Assembly: GCF_009914755.1 (NCBI RefSeq)
Contig: NC_060927.1
Length of the DNA: 64,000 nucleotides
From: the human T2T-CHM13v2.0 reference genome, Homo sapiens
Reading direction: 5' to 3' (one strand)
How positions within the stretch are numbered: position 1 is the stretch's first letter; each line of letters begins with the position of its first letter. Under the pieces are notes generated by a model that saw nothing but the letters and a program-made list of their open reading frames with translations, had not been told where the DNA came from and made no database searches. Of this stretch, positions 44,044 through 57,700 are shown one piece after another. The translations under genes were made by a program, and so were the position numbers.

Positions 44044-47000
44044 TAGCGCCTTTCCTGCCCCTGGCTAGACAGACCCAGTGTGCGGTTCAGACGCCTAGCA
44101 GTAGGCCTTCCTCGACTCTGACCCAGGCTGTGAGTGGGACAGCCTCCTCCCAGCCATCTGGTCCCTTCTGCCTGCACACATCACGGAGAGAACAGGTGCA
44201 TTGGTGCTGACTCTGGATTTCTGCCTGAGGTTTGGGGTTTAGAGTTGTATTTGGTAAGGTGGCTTTATAGCCAAGGAAGGTCAAACGGACCCACTGTTGG
44301 CCTGGGAAATTCAGTAAGCGCATTTCTGTGCGGGCACAGGGGTGATGAGACACATATTCTTGTACCACAGGAGAAGAAGCTGTGGTTTCCCTCACCTCAG
44401 AGTGAACAGTGTTATTGGACAAGAATTTGAAGTGCAGGGTTCCTCTTGACTCTTACTCTTAGGCCACCTGACATGGCTCCTACATGTGCTATTCATATGA
44501 AGCCATATGCTTAGCCCATCAGGGGCTGGGAGGAAACCGGCTCACCATTCTAGGCAGGTGTTAAGGGGCATGTGAGTCAGTGACAGCTGCTTTGCTGTCA
44601 CCCATCGACACCCCACACTGTGACACTAAGCACCCTAGAGCACCTTCTGCAGGAGGCAAGGCCTGAGAACTCAGTCCATCACTGACATTAATTGCCATTG
44701 TCAACCACGGTGTCTCTTTCACTGCATACTTTTCCCACAGATGCGCTCTTATTCTCTCTGGGGCCCTTTGTGCCTCGGGTCAGAGTGGAAACTGGAATCC
44801 AGCAATGCATTTGACTGAGATGTCTGTGACTTGCTTCAAATCTAGAAGAGTTGGATAGGAAGGACCAAGAACGTACTTCAAGTGCACATGTCCATTGAGA
44901 GGCCTGGGGACCCGAGGCCGGCCCTACGTTGTAGAAGATGGCCGAGCAAGTCCCTGCTTGAGCAGAGCGCCTTGGATGTTTTGCTCTCAGCAAGGCCTGT
45001 TGCTGGGTACAGGGGAAACCCAGAGCTGGAGAGGATGTGGAGTGCTGCCTCCTAGGGAGAGACAGGCCTGTCACACTAAATGCAGCCCTGGGGAGCAGAG
45101 CTGCAGGGCACACATAGAGGGCAGGCACCGCCGACGAGGGATCGAGGACAGGGCTGGAGGGAGCATTTGGCCTGGGCCCTGAAGGATGGATGGATTGCAG
45201 GTGTGACCATTCAGTGTCAGAAGAAGCACCCTGACCCAGGGGACTAGCGTGAGGGAGGCGTGGAGGTGGACAAAGGCCAGGTTTCAGGGAGGAAGCAGTG
45301 GGCCCTTCAGCTGGAGCACAGAGGGTATGAAGGTCGGGGTGAGCTGCCATAGGAAGGGTGGGTGAGGTGCAATTGTGCCTCTTCTGGAGGTTGTGGAGTG
45401 TGTAAGTGGGGGCTGAGAGACCCCTGGTGGAGAGGCTTCTTGACTGAGAGGGCCCTTACCTTTCTTCAAGCCTGGGCTCTGTGCCTCCATGGGGAGGGAG
45501 TGTGTTCCGTGATCTCAGATGCCCTGGCTGGTGCAAACCAGTGTGCTGACTGGGAGTGGGCAGGGTCAGGCCTCTCTTCTCTCCCTCCCTGCTTCTTGCC
45601 AGGCTCAGGAAGGGGCCAGGACTTCAGCACCTGAGGATCAGAAGACTGAGGGAGGGTTTCTAGAGCTAACTGTTTGCTGAATGCAAGTTCAGAGTTTATA
45701 AATAGACATTCATGTGAGTCTCAGACTCAGCGATGTGCCTATGAAGTGATCAGATGTAAGAGTGTCTGCCTGTCCTCTGCACAGCTCTCCCCTTGGCAGT
45801 TGAGCCAACGTGAACCCCATGGCTTTCGTGGAGCTTCTGCACCTGCAGTATGGCAACAGGCCATGTAGGTGCAGCTTGGAGATGCCTGCACCGCTCTTTT
45901 CCCCTTCACTTGCAAACTGTAACTCAGATGCTGACCTGCCCCATCTCCCCTAAACCCAACATGTTATTTGTAAACGAGAGGAGGTATGGCCCCTTTTTCT
46001 CAGCAGAGTGTCTTTCTTTGCTAGTTTAGCTGTGTCCCCCAGGGAGCTGAGTGAGGCCTTCTTACAGGCCAGTGGCCTTTCCTCTGTTTATTTCTCCTCC
46101 TCTAGAAGTAGACAAGGTTTCGTGTTCTAGTGTTGCTAACATTAGTCGTGGTAGAGTTGTTTATAGGGCCTATGATTTGAGGATTAAGGGTTTTCATTGG
46201 ATTTAAGGTGATATCTTGAGGGTTAACCATTTTATCTCAGCCCAGCATTTCCTATGACCTATCACTGTAAAAACCTGATGATGACAGAAATCAATGACTC
46301 TGCCTTTCAGAGAACTTGCCATGAGGGGAAGATGGAGAAGGAGTGGCTTAGTGTGAGAAGCTGATCCCATTGTTAAGGCCCAGCACTCTGCTGTGTGAGC
46401 CCAGGAGGGCGCGATGATTCTGGCTGGTGGGAGTGGGCAGGCTGGGGCGATGTGAGGAAGGCTCCGTGGGAGGAGCAGCCCTGGGCGGCAGAGGTTGGGG
46501 GTGGGGGCTTTTTCAAGCTGGGGAAATGGCACAAACAAGGTGTGCGAAGTGACAAATATTCAGGGCCCTTAAGTGCATTGCTCAGTAATATAATCTAGGA
46601 AAGAAACAAAACCTGTTTAAAAGCCTTGTAGATCTTCAGAATTCACTCTCACTGGGGCTCCCAAGCCCATAAAGCTGCAATGTGTCTTGGGAACATCAGC
46701 AGTATTGTTTCTGCTATGCACCGTGATGTGTGACTCAAAATGATTAACTAGCTTAACGTTTGATCCAGAATAGCAAATATTTCTGTGGTGCGCCCTTGTT
46801 CTTTATGGAGCTCGTTTTGCCAGGTGCTGGGGTTTCCTGTGGAGTGAGGCTCACAGTGCTTCCCGAGTCATCAGATTTCCAGAGCCTTGCTGATGAGGGT
46901 TTTAAATAAAGACAGAAATCTTGGCTGTGGAGGCCATGATGGGATTTAGCTGACTTGAGAGCACCAAGTCTCCTCCTCCTCTGAGGAGAAAACCTCTCTG

Positions 47001-47849
47001 ATCACAGACCTCAGCAGCCCAGACCCTCTGGAGGAGACAGCACTGTTGAGGTTTCCCTGGGGCCTCCTGTGGCTGCCAGCCATTTTCTTCCTGTCACAGC
47101 CAGAAAACCACACAAGGAGAGGGTTTCAGTGAGGCCCACATGGTCCTCCTCACCAAATAAACAGTCCTGGATTCACCACATGCACATGCCAGGTCTGGGG
47201 CTGTCTCTGTGCATCTGATTAGCAGGCAGTAGAAATGTGGGTGTTGCCAGTGTTACGGTGTCTGCATCCTCCCTGGGGGTGTGAGATCACCCCACGTGCC
47301 TTCCACTCCAACCCTGCTCCTCTGTTACCTCTTGAGAGGAGGATGGCGCAGGGCCCGGGCTCCTGACTTTGTCCATAATGGCTAAGGATGCTAATTCAAC
47401 TGAGAGCCCTTTTCAGCTGGGTCCTGGATGTGAGTTGAGCAGTTTCCTCCCAGACCTTGAGGATTGAAGTGACAGTGTGAGAAGAAATGCTTCCTGATAG
47501 CCGAGCCTCAGCCTAGATGAGCAGAAGTGGGTGTAGGAAGTCATTAATAACAGCAGATGTCTGTGAGCTCACAGGAGGCAAAGGCTTGGGCTGGAGGGCA
47601 TCTTGATGCCCCTTCTCCGGATGTGGCTGCAATGGAGTTTTGTGACTTGGAATTTGGACTTTAGTATTAGGCAAATTACTCAACCTCTCTGGACCCCACT
47701 TTCCTTGTCTGCAAGAAGGGGATAAAGATATATCTCCCCATGGGGCTGTTGTGACAATTGAACGTTCTGTGACTGCTAGGAGTAGTCATAGTTGTAGTAT
47801 GTGCTGCTGCTGTTTTCATCAGACACCAGTAAAAGTTGACCTCAACAGA

Positions 47850-48113
47850 ATTTTAGGGGTATAAATTTAGGGGGTACAAATACCGTTCTGTGACATGGAC
47901 ATATTACATAGCGGTGAGGTCTGGGCTTTTAGTGTAACCATCACCCGAAAAGCGTACATTATACCCAGTAAGTAATTTCTCATCCCTCATGCCTCTTCCA
48001 CCCTCCCACCCTTCTGTGTCTCCAATGCCTATTATTCCATCCACACCCTATGTCCATGTGTACACATTATTTAGCTTCTGCTTATCAGTGAGAATATGCA
48101 GTATTTGACTTTC
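47850..48113 (-). mobile_element. L1PB-like 3' end fragment
   Basis: gggggtacaaa...gtctgggcttttagtgtaaccatcaccc...gtgagaatatgcagtatttgactttc. Confidence 0.8.
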
Positions 48114-48409
48114 CTAAACATAATATTTTTGAAGGTTCTCCTAGACCGCTAACCAGCCTCAGGGTGGGGCCTCCCTCTTAGGACCATTGCCCTGTGCTTT
48201 TCTGTTCAGAAACTATAAAGTTCTGAAGTATTGATGGAAAACAAATCTGTTAACTAGGTCACTTTCGAGATAGGGCAGCACAGCTTTCAGGCTCTTGAAG
48301 TCCATTTCTAGTTTGGCGGTGCTTGCTGTCAGGGAACAGATGTCAAATCAAGTACTTGGAGATGCGCTCACATTATCTTTTCTCTCTGATCTGCTAAATG
48401 TCACTGCAT

Positions 48410-48589
48410 GCGTCTGCGATGCCCAACACTGGCTGTACGTTATAATCACCTGGGGAGCTTGGATGCTTCTTGATGCCATACTCCACCCTCTAAGACTCTT
48501 GATTAATCTTGGGGTGGGAGCCAGGGGTGGCTCTTTTTCATTAAGGTTCCCTGGGGATTCTAATGTGAAGCTAGGGTTCAGAACTCCTG
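48410..48589. mobile_element. MER5-like hAT-Charlie element
   Basis: aatcacctggggagctt...ccctggggattctaatgtgaagctagggttcagaactcctg. Confidence 0.7.
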
Positions 48590-50269
48590 AGTCCAGGATG
48601 CTATCAGTGGCTGAATATCACACTGTTCCAGGCATTCACTTGAAAGAAGAGGAGAGGCAATCAGGCCTCTAACTGAGCTGTCTGGTGACTGGTGACAGGT
48701 AGCTCCAGCTTTGTGCATTCATAGAATATTTAAAATGTCAATTTCATAAATTTGCTATTAGAAAGCTGGTGTTACACAATTAACTGAATGGACAAAATTC
48801 CCTTTGAAGTGAGTTCCTGAGCATTTGGTAAATTTTCAAGGATAATTTATTTAACTTTTTGCTGAGCTTCAAGTTTCTTAAGAAACCCTGCCAAATCTCA
48901 AAGTGATTTTTTTAGACATATGCAGCTGCTTCTGAGTTAACAATGGAGTTTTGCTAGGACCATTAAAATCTGGAAGCCTAAAATTCTATTTTAAACTCTT
49001 CTCATTGTCAGTGATTAGTCTTAAAAAAAAAAAGCATTAAAAATGAAATCATTTTAAAGGGAGCTCATTCTAAAATTCTGGCCAGAAAAGCAGGGCAATT
49101 TTATTGTAGGAACTATTAATGATTAATAATTCCTCTAAGTAAAGATATTTGATGCCCAAAGAAAGGGAGGGGCATACCTGAAACTTCATCTCTGACCACA
49201 AGGGCAGCCTCTCTGTCTTCTGCTTCTTCAGTGGTCCTGGAGGCTATGGGCACTGCCCCTGCCTGCCCGGGGACTCTGCCACCCTGGGGCTTGGTGGAGC
49301 AGGTTGCCCTAGCTGCCTCTCTTTTGCATGTGCTACCTAGTTGCCTCTGACTGCAATGTTTGCTTTGGGGGTGGACAGAAAACCAGGACGTTATAGCTGG
49401 TTGCAAGCATAAGGCATAGCAATTTGCTGGTCCTGTTTTGAAAGACTGTGTTTTGAAATTTTGATTTACAAAACTGCTTTCATCACCATTGAACTACCTC
49501 AAGGCACAAGTTCAAAATGGAAGATACTCAATTAAAAGCTGTAAAGCAAACAGCAGCAGTTAGAGTGGCATACGGTAAATATGCGTCCAGGTCAAGAGCC
49601 CTCACTGGAGAGGCAGCTGGAAGTGCTTTCACTGGGAAGTGGGAGGGCTGACTCAGGGGCTGGCCCTAGGGTCAGTGGCTGGACACTGTCTCCATTGGGG
49701 TGGCACTGGGAGTAGTTGTCTGGACAGGCAGACTCTCTCCACAGGGGTGATAGAAAGCAGTGGTAATTTCTAAAAGTGCCTGCATGTCTGCCATCACCTT
49801 CAGCCTCCTAAGAGCTGATGGGAGCTGGACTCAGGGACTGTTGCCCCACTGTGGAGACAAGGAGTGGGTACTCCAGCCAAGTTTGCAGTCTCAAATCAGG
49901 GTTGTTTTATTTGTTTTTAATACATTTTAATTATGGAAGTAATATTTGCCTACATAAAAAATTCATGTAATTTCAAAGTATATAAAGTAAGAAAAAAATT
50001 CTCTCTTCCTTCTCCTTAAAGAGAGGCAGACTTAGAAGTTTGGGGCCTCTACTTCCCCACCTCACTGCACATAATACATGACACAGACCGCATGCATATA
50101 GCTTCCACCCTAAGATGCCCAACACAGGTATTTTTCACTGAACCATGTACCACAGATATTTCCCATGTTTTTAAAGCAAAATGTTGGCTCTTTTCAATAA
50201 ATTGCCATTATAAAAACTGCTACAATGGACTATGCACTCTACAGCACGTGGACCTCTACTTTATAGAGG

Positions 50270-50640
50270 TCTCTCCACCATGAGACCATCAGCTCCATGG
50301 GTGCAGCAGGAATAGGGTCTGTTTCTGCCCTCTGTTGTGTGGCTGCACCCAGCACAGTGCTTGTCCCATACATGAGCATGCCATTACTTCCTTCTTGAAT
50401 GAAAGAACATAGAGTAATAATAACTAGCATTTGTCAGGTGCTTTCTGTGTGTGAGACACTGTTCCAAAGGCTGTGGGTGAATACATTCATTCTTCTTCAC
50501 ACAACTCTGTGAGACAGGAACTTGACAGATGGGGAAACTAAAGCACAAAGCAGTTCAGTAGCTTCCCAAGGCCATGTGACTTACGTGGCAAAGCTGGGAT
50601 TTGAACCCAAGCTCTGCCACAGTCTGCAGGCTAACTATCA
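50270..50640. mobile_element. L2 end (~50270-50410) and MIR (~50415-50640)
   Basis: cccagcacagtgctt...tgaatgaa, then taataataactagcattt...acagatggggaaactaaagcac...gggatttgaaccca. Confidence 0.7.
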
Positions 50641-51039
50641 TTAACCCCTGCAAACACATGCCCCTGTGTCTGCGTGCTCGTGTTCATGGTTTTGTGGGAG
50701 AGGATACAAGAAAAGGGTCTGCTGTGTCAGAAAGGATGCACATTTTAGGAACGTGAGTATTCTGCCTACCCATAGTGTGCAGGTGTCTGTGCTGCCCATG
50801 CCCTTGCTTACTCCAGCATTCCTGCTGCTGTCTCACACTGCTTCGCACAACCCTCCCCTAGAGCACAGGGTCCGTACTCTAAAGACTAGCTGGCTTAGAG
50901 TGATCATGGAATCATGGGGCTGCAAGGGGTTAAAGATCCTAGAGTCATTTCTCTCGTGACCTGGTGGTCATGGGAGAGTCGTAGTGATGACAGTAGTGGT
51001 GGTTGATTGTGCCTTGCCAAAGCTGGGCACATTGCTTTT

Positions 51040-51235
51040 ATTACTGTCTCCACTGTTCACCTCTTACAACAACCTTACGCAGTACAGGTCCAATTATTAT
51101 TGACATCTTACAGGTGTGGAGGAAACTAAGGCTTCACAGTATCAGGTAACCTGTCCACAGTCTTCTGACATGGAAGTGACAGGGCTGGGGTTAGACCTGG
51201 CCTGTCAGAGTCCAGAGCCCACCTTTTGAACTCCC
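51040..51235 (-). mobile_element. MIR
   Basis: cttacaacaacctta...acaggtgtggaggaaactaaggc...tccagagccc. Confidence 0.65.
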
Positions 51236-51622
51236 ACCTGTCCTGTCCCATATGGTAGTGCTGTTTGGAATCACATATCCAGTCTGTACAGGGCTCCTGA
51301 CTCCCCCTAAAGTGCCTTTTCCTTAATACCCTACTTAGATGGGAAGCCAAACCCTGGAAACCTTTATCTAGCATGGGTTAGCTGGTTGTTGATTTAGAAC
51401 AGGTTCTTAAAGACAGGTGTTTGTGTAATAGCTGTGGAAAGGGCACTTCCTCTCCGCTGTTCTGATGCTGAGCTGGATTCCTAGCAGGAGGGGTCTGGGG
51501 CAGGCGGGCGTCCATTGCGTGAGGCAAGCTGGCTGGCAGGGCTGGCCGCGTGGGGCCCTGGTTTGGCTGCTGTTGCTGCCCTCTGCTGCTTCATAATGAA
51601 ATTGCCTGTGTTCAACCTGAAG

Positions 51623-51706
51623 GGGTCACAGTGGCCGACTTGCTTAAAGAGGATAAGAAGAAAAAGAAGTTTTGCTGCTTTCGGCAACGCAGGGCTAAAG
51701 ATCATG
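51623..51706 (+). CDS. CACNA1D: Candidate alternative cassette exon 9*/9a (84 nt, 28 aa) in the I-II loop
   Basis: cctgaag|GGGTCACA...GATCATG|gtaaat. Phase 1-1 matches the exon 9/10 junction and there is no stop. Encodes (R)VTVADLLKEDKKKKKFCCFRQRRAKDH(A). Same position as CACNA1C exon 9*. Confidence 0.8.
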
Positions 51707-52176
51707 GTAAATTGCTGAGACTGAGCTTTCTTTTTCCGCAACATCTCTGATACCTTTTCCTTGCACATAGGCATTGTGTGAAGTGCATGTGCCGTGTGGT
51801 GTGTTCAGAAGATGCCTATATTTTAATTGCTTGATTTCTTTCTTCTTGTCTTTTTCCAAAATAATGTGCCCTTACCAAGATAGCATTGCAGTTTTCTTTT
51901 TGTTTGAACTGTACCTTATAAAGAAGCAGCTGAACCAACTCAAAAAATGTACTTGATTCGGCATGAATATTCTTAGACTGGAAGGCAGACTTTTAAAATA
52001 CTTTTCCCCAAATGATTTTTTTAAATTTAAACCGTTTAGAAATTCCAATAATGTTATTTGATTGATTTTTTTTTCTCCAGGCTACATGTTTCAAATTGCT
52101 TCTCTGTCTTTTAGTCTCTGGCTACTTTGCCCAGGACTATGCCAAAGCTAGTAGTGGCAGCTTTAAGAATGAAATT

Positions 52177-52500
52177 AGCTGGATGCAGTGGCTCACACCT
52201 GTAATTCCAGCACTTTAGGAAGCCGAGGCAGGAGGATCACTTGAAGCCAGGAGTTTGAGACTAGCCTGGGCAACAAAGTGAGACCCTGTGTCTACCAAAA
52301 ATTGTAAACAAAGAAGCAAACAAAAAAATCAGGTGTGGTGGTGCATGCCTATAGTCCCCAGCTACTTGGGAGGCTGAGGCAAGAGGATTGCATAAGCCCA
52401 GGAGTTCGAGGCTGCAGTCAGCGATATTGCGCCATTACACTCCAGCCTGGGTAACAGAGTGCGATCTCTGTCTCTTAAAAAATAAAAATAAATAAAAATA
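52177..52500 (+). mobile_element. AluJ
   Basis: gcagtggctcacacctgtaattccagcacttt...gcccaggagttcgaggctgcagt, followed by an A-rich tail. Confidence 0.93.
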
Positions 52501-54725
52501 GACTTCAGGGATGCAAAGATTTGGGGGCACTTGCCTTTGAAAGTGAGAATGGGCTCGTGTGGGAAAGTTATATTTCCAGATATGTCCTAAAATGATGCTA
52601 AACATACCCTTCCTCAGAATCCCTGGAGTAGCTGTCAGGCCCATCCCCAGGCAGACAGTTAGGTGAGCAGCTGGCTCCCTGCCTTGCTCTGCCCAAGTCA
52701 TGGCAGTGGTTCGACAGCAGCACAAAGCTTTGCCTATGCACACCAGCACAGTCGACCCAGTTCTGCCACCAGGATCGGCCCTGGTCACCTGACTCTGGGG
52801 AAAGTCTGTTTAAGGAGATTCAGACAGCAGGGACGTGAAGCCAACAACTAAGGGAACAGAGGGGACACACTGTACTCTTTTCTTTGAAGTGGCCTCTGGC
52901 CCCATGGGAATGCTGAGCTGAGAGGTTATGGGACGCAGATGGGAACAACCCGTGGATATCTGAAGAGGGTTATATTAGAGTCTAGGTCTCATCAGAAGGC
53001 CTAAAAGTGAAAAGGAATTAAGAGATTATCAGATATAAGCCCTTGTCATTCAGCACGTTGTGGACCCCAAAGGAGGGAGAAGAGGAGGTGGAACTTGCCT
53101 GAGGTGGGACAGTGAGTTAGGGGCAGAGTTGGGGCTGCCTTTTTTATCTGTAGCATTCACGGAAGGTTTATGAACAGGAGGCTGGGCTTGATGCAGCACC
53201 TGAAGGTGTCTGCAAGAAGAATGGCCTTCAGCTAAGCAGGAAATAGTGTCATGGACATAAGAAAAAACATCTTTAAAGACTGACATAGGGATATAGCTCT
53301 GGAGAGGTTACCAAAAGGAGATAAATGATTTCTGTCCCCAGAAAAGAAAACACCCCTCCTTGGTTCTGCCTTGCTGAATGCAGGCTTGGGCCTTGTGATT
53401 CTTTAAGGATTCTTGTGCCTTCTCCATTGTCTTTCTGAGATCTGCAGGGAGAGGAAGCAGGCTGACACATTTAAGGAACTTTATTTTGAGTGGGAATGGC
53501 TTTTTATTGACTGAAATACCTGGGGACTCAGGAAGGACTCCGACCCTGCTGGCACCAGGTGGGGCACGAGCCCTCATATGGATGCTGGGCTGCCCCTGTC
53601 CCTGAACACGCGGAGATAGTTATTGTCTGGGCATAATTCTTGCTTGAGACATGGAAACCTTGGTCTGGCCTTGACCTCCATTCTCCAAGAAGAGCCTGGC
53701 TTCTTTACAGCAGCAAGAGGCTGTTACTCTGTGGTGGCCTAATGTGTCTCTACTAGCATGTGCATGTGCCTTTAGGGGGTGTGTGGGCTTCTTCTGGATT
53801 TGGCAGGCCTGTACGTCATGGTACTGCTCATGTTTGTCATGAAAATAAGATGAAAACATGAGGTCTAGGTGTCAGGTACCCTGTCCCCTAGGAAGGCAGC
53901 CACAACTCAGCCACTGCTCAGTTGTCCAGCCTCACCCCCTACCCTTACCTTTGAAAAGAATGAGAAGCTTTAGGCTGCTTGGAGGTGGAAGGAAATGCTA
54001 AAATAAATTCCTGAGTGTGCAAAAAAGTCTGTCCTGTGGAGAACAGAGGAGTGAGGCTCTGAGGCCAAAGACATCTGTGAATGAGGCTACTAATGGGACA
54101 GGTTCTAGACGAGGCTGGAGGGCTCTGGGCTCAGTTTGATGTGTGGCAAGCCTTCCCTTCGGGGTGCCTTGACTGGAGGACTGAGGCTCTCCTGTGACGC
54201 CCTGAGGCCTCTGGGGAGCTACTGCTTCCTGTGCTGCACCCCATTCTCTGGGACATTCTACATGCAGAGCACTTGGACTCAGTTCTCCAGTGCAGGCTGC
54301 TGGCTGGACCCCTGGCTTCCCTCCTGAGGGTGGCGGGCAGGGGCTCACTTCTTGTGCCCTCCCCTCCTTGCAGAGCTGGGGGAATGCAAGGGAAACCCCC
54401 TGGTTGTTGGTAGTAAAACCAGCCAGCATGTGGGCGTTTCTGCCTTCCTGCAGTTATAGCAGGTCAGAGGTAAATGGATCTTAGAGATGATACTGTCCTA
54501 CAACTCATCTTACAGATCTGGTAGCCAAGCATAGGGGAAAAGAGGCACTTGTCCCATTGTCACCTGATGATAAGCACCAGGCTTTCCTGACATTTCTTCC
54601 ATCATTTTTGACCTCATCAGCCTCCATCACTGAAGGTTGATCTGAGATTTTGCTATACCTGTTAATGGTGAACATAATTTTGAGGCTGCCTGCTTAGGAC
54701 CCACACATAGACTCATTTGCTCTGT

Positions 54726-54730
<5 letters not shown>

Positions 54731-54772
<42 letters not shown>
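54731..54772 (+). repeat. (TG)21 microsatellite
   Basis: Read directly. Confidence 0.97.
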
Positions 54773-54774
<2 letters not shown>

Positions 54775-57700
54775 AGATTTGCCTCCAAATTCACAAGCCT
54801 GACACATTTGGCTGAGACGAATGTCGTCCTTCAGCATGAGAGTAGATGGATAAATGTCTACACCTTGGTGAAAATGCTAGTTGTGCTTACCTGAGAAGCA
54901 GCAGATTTCCCTGGTTTACTGTGTGTGGCATTGCCCATGATAACATCTGGCCCAGTGCAAGATCTTAAAGAGAAGCACCATGACCCACATCCACAGAGTG
55001 CTCCAAGTAGGGGCCTGGCCCGGCTGCCCATGCTGCAAAGGCCTTGGAAACTCTAATTACAGTCTGGGACATGCAGGGCTGCTGTCTGCCACCATCCTCT
55101 CACCCCCAGTGGCACCCAGGCCCCCCGCCACCAATCTCAGTGCACCACACTGTAAGCCTAAGGGTCTGCCCTGGAGCTCTTCCCAGAGATCCCAATGCCT
55201 GGAATAGATTGCAAAATATAGGCCTTGAGCTTCTCCAGATTTTCAGCAGGCAAATTGCAGTGCCAGCATCCTCTCACAGGTCACAGGCTTTCCTAATGCT
55301 TGGTTTTTCCCAGACTCACTGAAAGTAGTTTTTAAATTTATATAAAAAATAAACTTCTCTAACAAAGCTCTAACATTCCAGTTTCCTGAAATGTGTCAGG
55401 GAAGAGGCTTCACAGCTTGTTCATGTGCAGATGGCCCCTGGTGCTTATTTCTACAGTAGGGGACTGGCACTTGTCGGCAATGTGGGGAGGTCTGAGGGGT
55501 CTGCCTGCACCTCTAATAAGGCCTAGCCACTTGTCAGCAATTAACACTGAATCCCTGCTGAAGGGGACAAGGCCATCACCTAAATGGGGCAGTCACAATG
55601 CTATGGAAGCCAGTTAGGAGAAGCCCATGTATTCGGGTAATTTGCCCATGGCTTTACCTTCATGAGTTTGTATGACTCTTTCTGTCTGGATTTTTATAAA
55701 AGCCCAGTCGTCACCATTGCAGCCTGATTTTTGTGCTGTCGTCGGTCACTGAGCTGATATCCTGTAAGTGATCTGGTTATATGCCAGATTTTGAGTGGTT
55801 AATAAAGGTCATCAGAATAGTAAACCAGCACTGGTAGATAATAGACTCGTTTGGCTTTTTGGAACTTGTTGATTTGTGGAATTTTAAGTACATAACACCA
55901 AAATGTATACCAGTGAAACCACAGTACATACTTGAAAAGAATGGTGAGTGGAAGTTAGGAGAGATTTCTCAGTGTCAGCTGTGTGTCCCAAGGCATTTTG
56001 GCGAGTTCTGTCCTCTGAGAAATCAAGAGTTTGCTCACGTATTCTCAGAAGCCCCTTCTGGTTCTAACAGTCTATGATTCTTTTCTTTATTTTTTAAAAA
56101 CATAGATGAGATCCTATTGGGGCTAAAGGAAGGGAAAGTCATATTAATTTTTTAACATTAAAAAAATGAATGCCTAATGCAAGTGAAGGGTAAAATGCTT
56201 TATTTTTAATAAATGAGGTCTTTGTTATACCCACTGAGCCTGATCTTTTCAAATATTTTTGGAAAAGGATAAGTGTGATATTTCTTCTGGAAATATTTTG
56301 GAAAAGGATCCTGTGATAGGGAGTAAGTGGCTGGAGAAGGTAGGCTGCCAGGGCCCTGGTCAGAGTGCGTTTCCTCTGCCCAGATTTAGGGGCTGGATCA
56401 AGGGCTGTTTCCAGGACCAAATGAGGTCTCCAATTTCTAGCGTAGGCACTGTCCTCTTTCTTTCCGTCTGCCTCTGCTCATCCTCAGCCCTGGCAACATC
56501 TTTTTGGGATATATTTATTTATTATGTGCCTGTGGCTCTTTAGGTGTCAAACAACTATGACAGGAGAAGTTGCTATGCCTACAGTAGGCAAAGTTAGACA
56601 ATAACTCAGCTAAAGACAGAGAAAATACAAACCAAGAATGATGGCCAAAGCTGATTCAGAGGTATGGAAGATGGCTCACACTAGATGCGTCTGTGCAATG
56701 ATGAAAGTGGCCAGGGCAAAATGACACTGGATTGGTCGCTTTGCTTCCAGGGAGCTCCAGGAGAGCTTTTCTGAGATGATGGAGTTAACATGTGTGGGCC
56801 TCACTGATCATCCAGCCCTGGGGACCCAGCACTCCGCATGCCTCATCTCATTCTTACCCTTTTACAGGTGAGGCAATGGAGATGTACAGAAGTCAGGTCA
56901 CAAACGCGGGGTTAAACTTAGATCTGGCCAACCTCTGCACCTGCTCTCAGCCACTATCCCAACCCAGCTGAAGGACAGAATCAGCTCAGAGAGCAGGAGG
57001 ACCCTGCCTCACCCTCAGTGGAGCCCTGGCACAGTGCTGTGAGACTATCTTCCCCTCTTTGTTGCTGTTTGGGGAGTTCGGTTTTACTTCTTGTCTTTCC
57101 CCACAGTTAGTCTAGGGAGCAACTAGAACATTTCATACACTAATAGTTGGCAGGGGGCCAGAAATGCTAACTGATGACCCCATTCCCATAGAAAATATGT
57201 AATTTATCTGTTTCAATCAGATTGTTTTTAAAATGAAGCTTTAGAATTGAAATGCTGCAACTGTACCGATATCAGCATGAGACATGACTCCAGAGATTAA
57301 AAAGCCACAAAGACTTAGTCTTTTCAGAAGTTTGCTCTTTTGAAAATAATGACTAATGTTCCTACATGATTAATATTAGAACTATGAGATAGCAAACTGT
57401 TAAAGATGGAAATGACCCTCAAGATTGTGGAGTTCACACCACCATTTTAGAGACAGGAAAGTGAAGCCTGGAGAGAGGTGATCCATTGCCCAGGAGACTC
57501 AGAAAACAGGACCAGGCCTGTGGGTTCCCCACATCATACTGCCCTCAACTCCTGGTCCCCTCAGTCACTGCAGTAACCACCACGGAAAATGCCGCACAGA
57601 GTTAACTCATGATCAGATGTGAAAAGGGTCTCCCACTGTGATTTTCTTTGTTGGATTTAACAACCTCCTCACCTTTCTGCTGAATCAGAGTGAGGAACAG

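Noticed and set aside
44688-45350. Longest ORF in the track (220 aa, minus strand)
   Set aside because: Low-complexity P/S/A-rich translation of GC-rich intron, with no recognisable domain or exon structure.
56845-56873. Pyrimidine tract + CAG|GTGAGG resembling a recursive splice site
   Set aside because: It sits in the MIR core (tttacag.tgagg), where this motif is common by descent.
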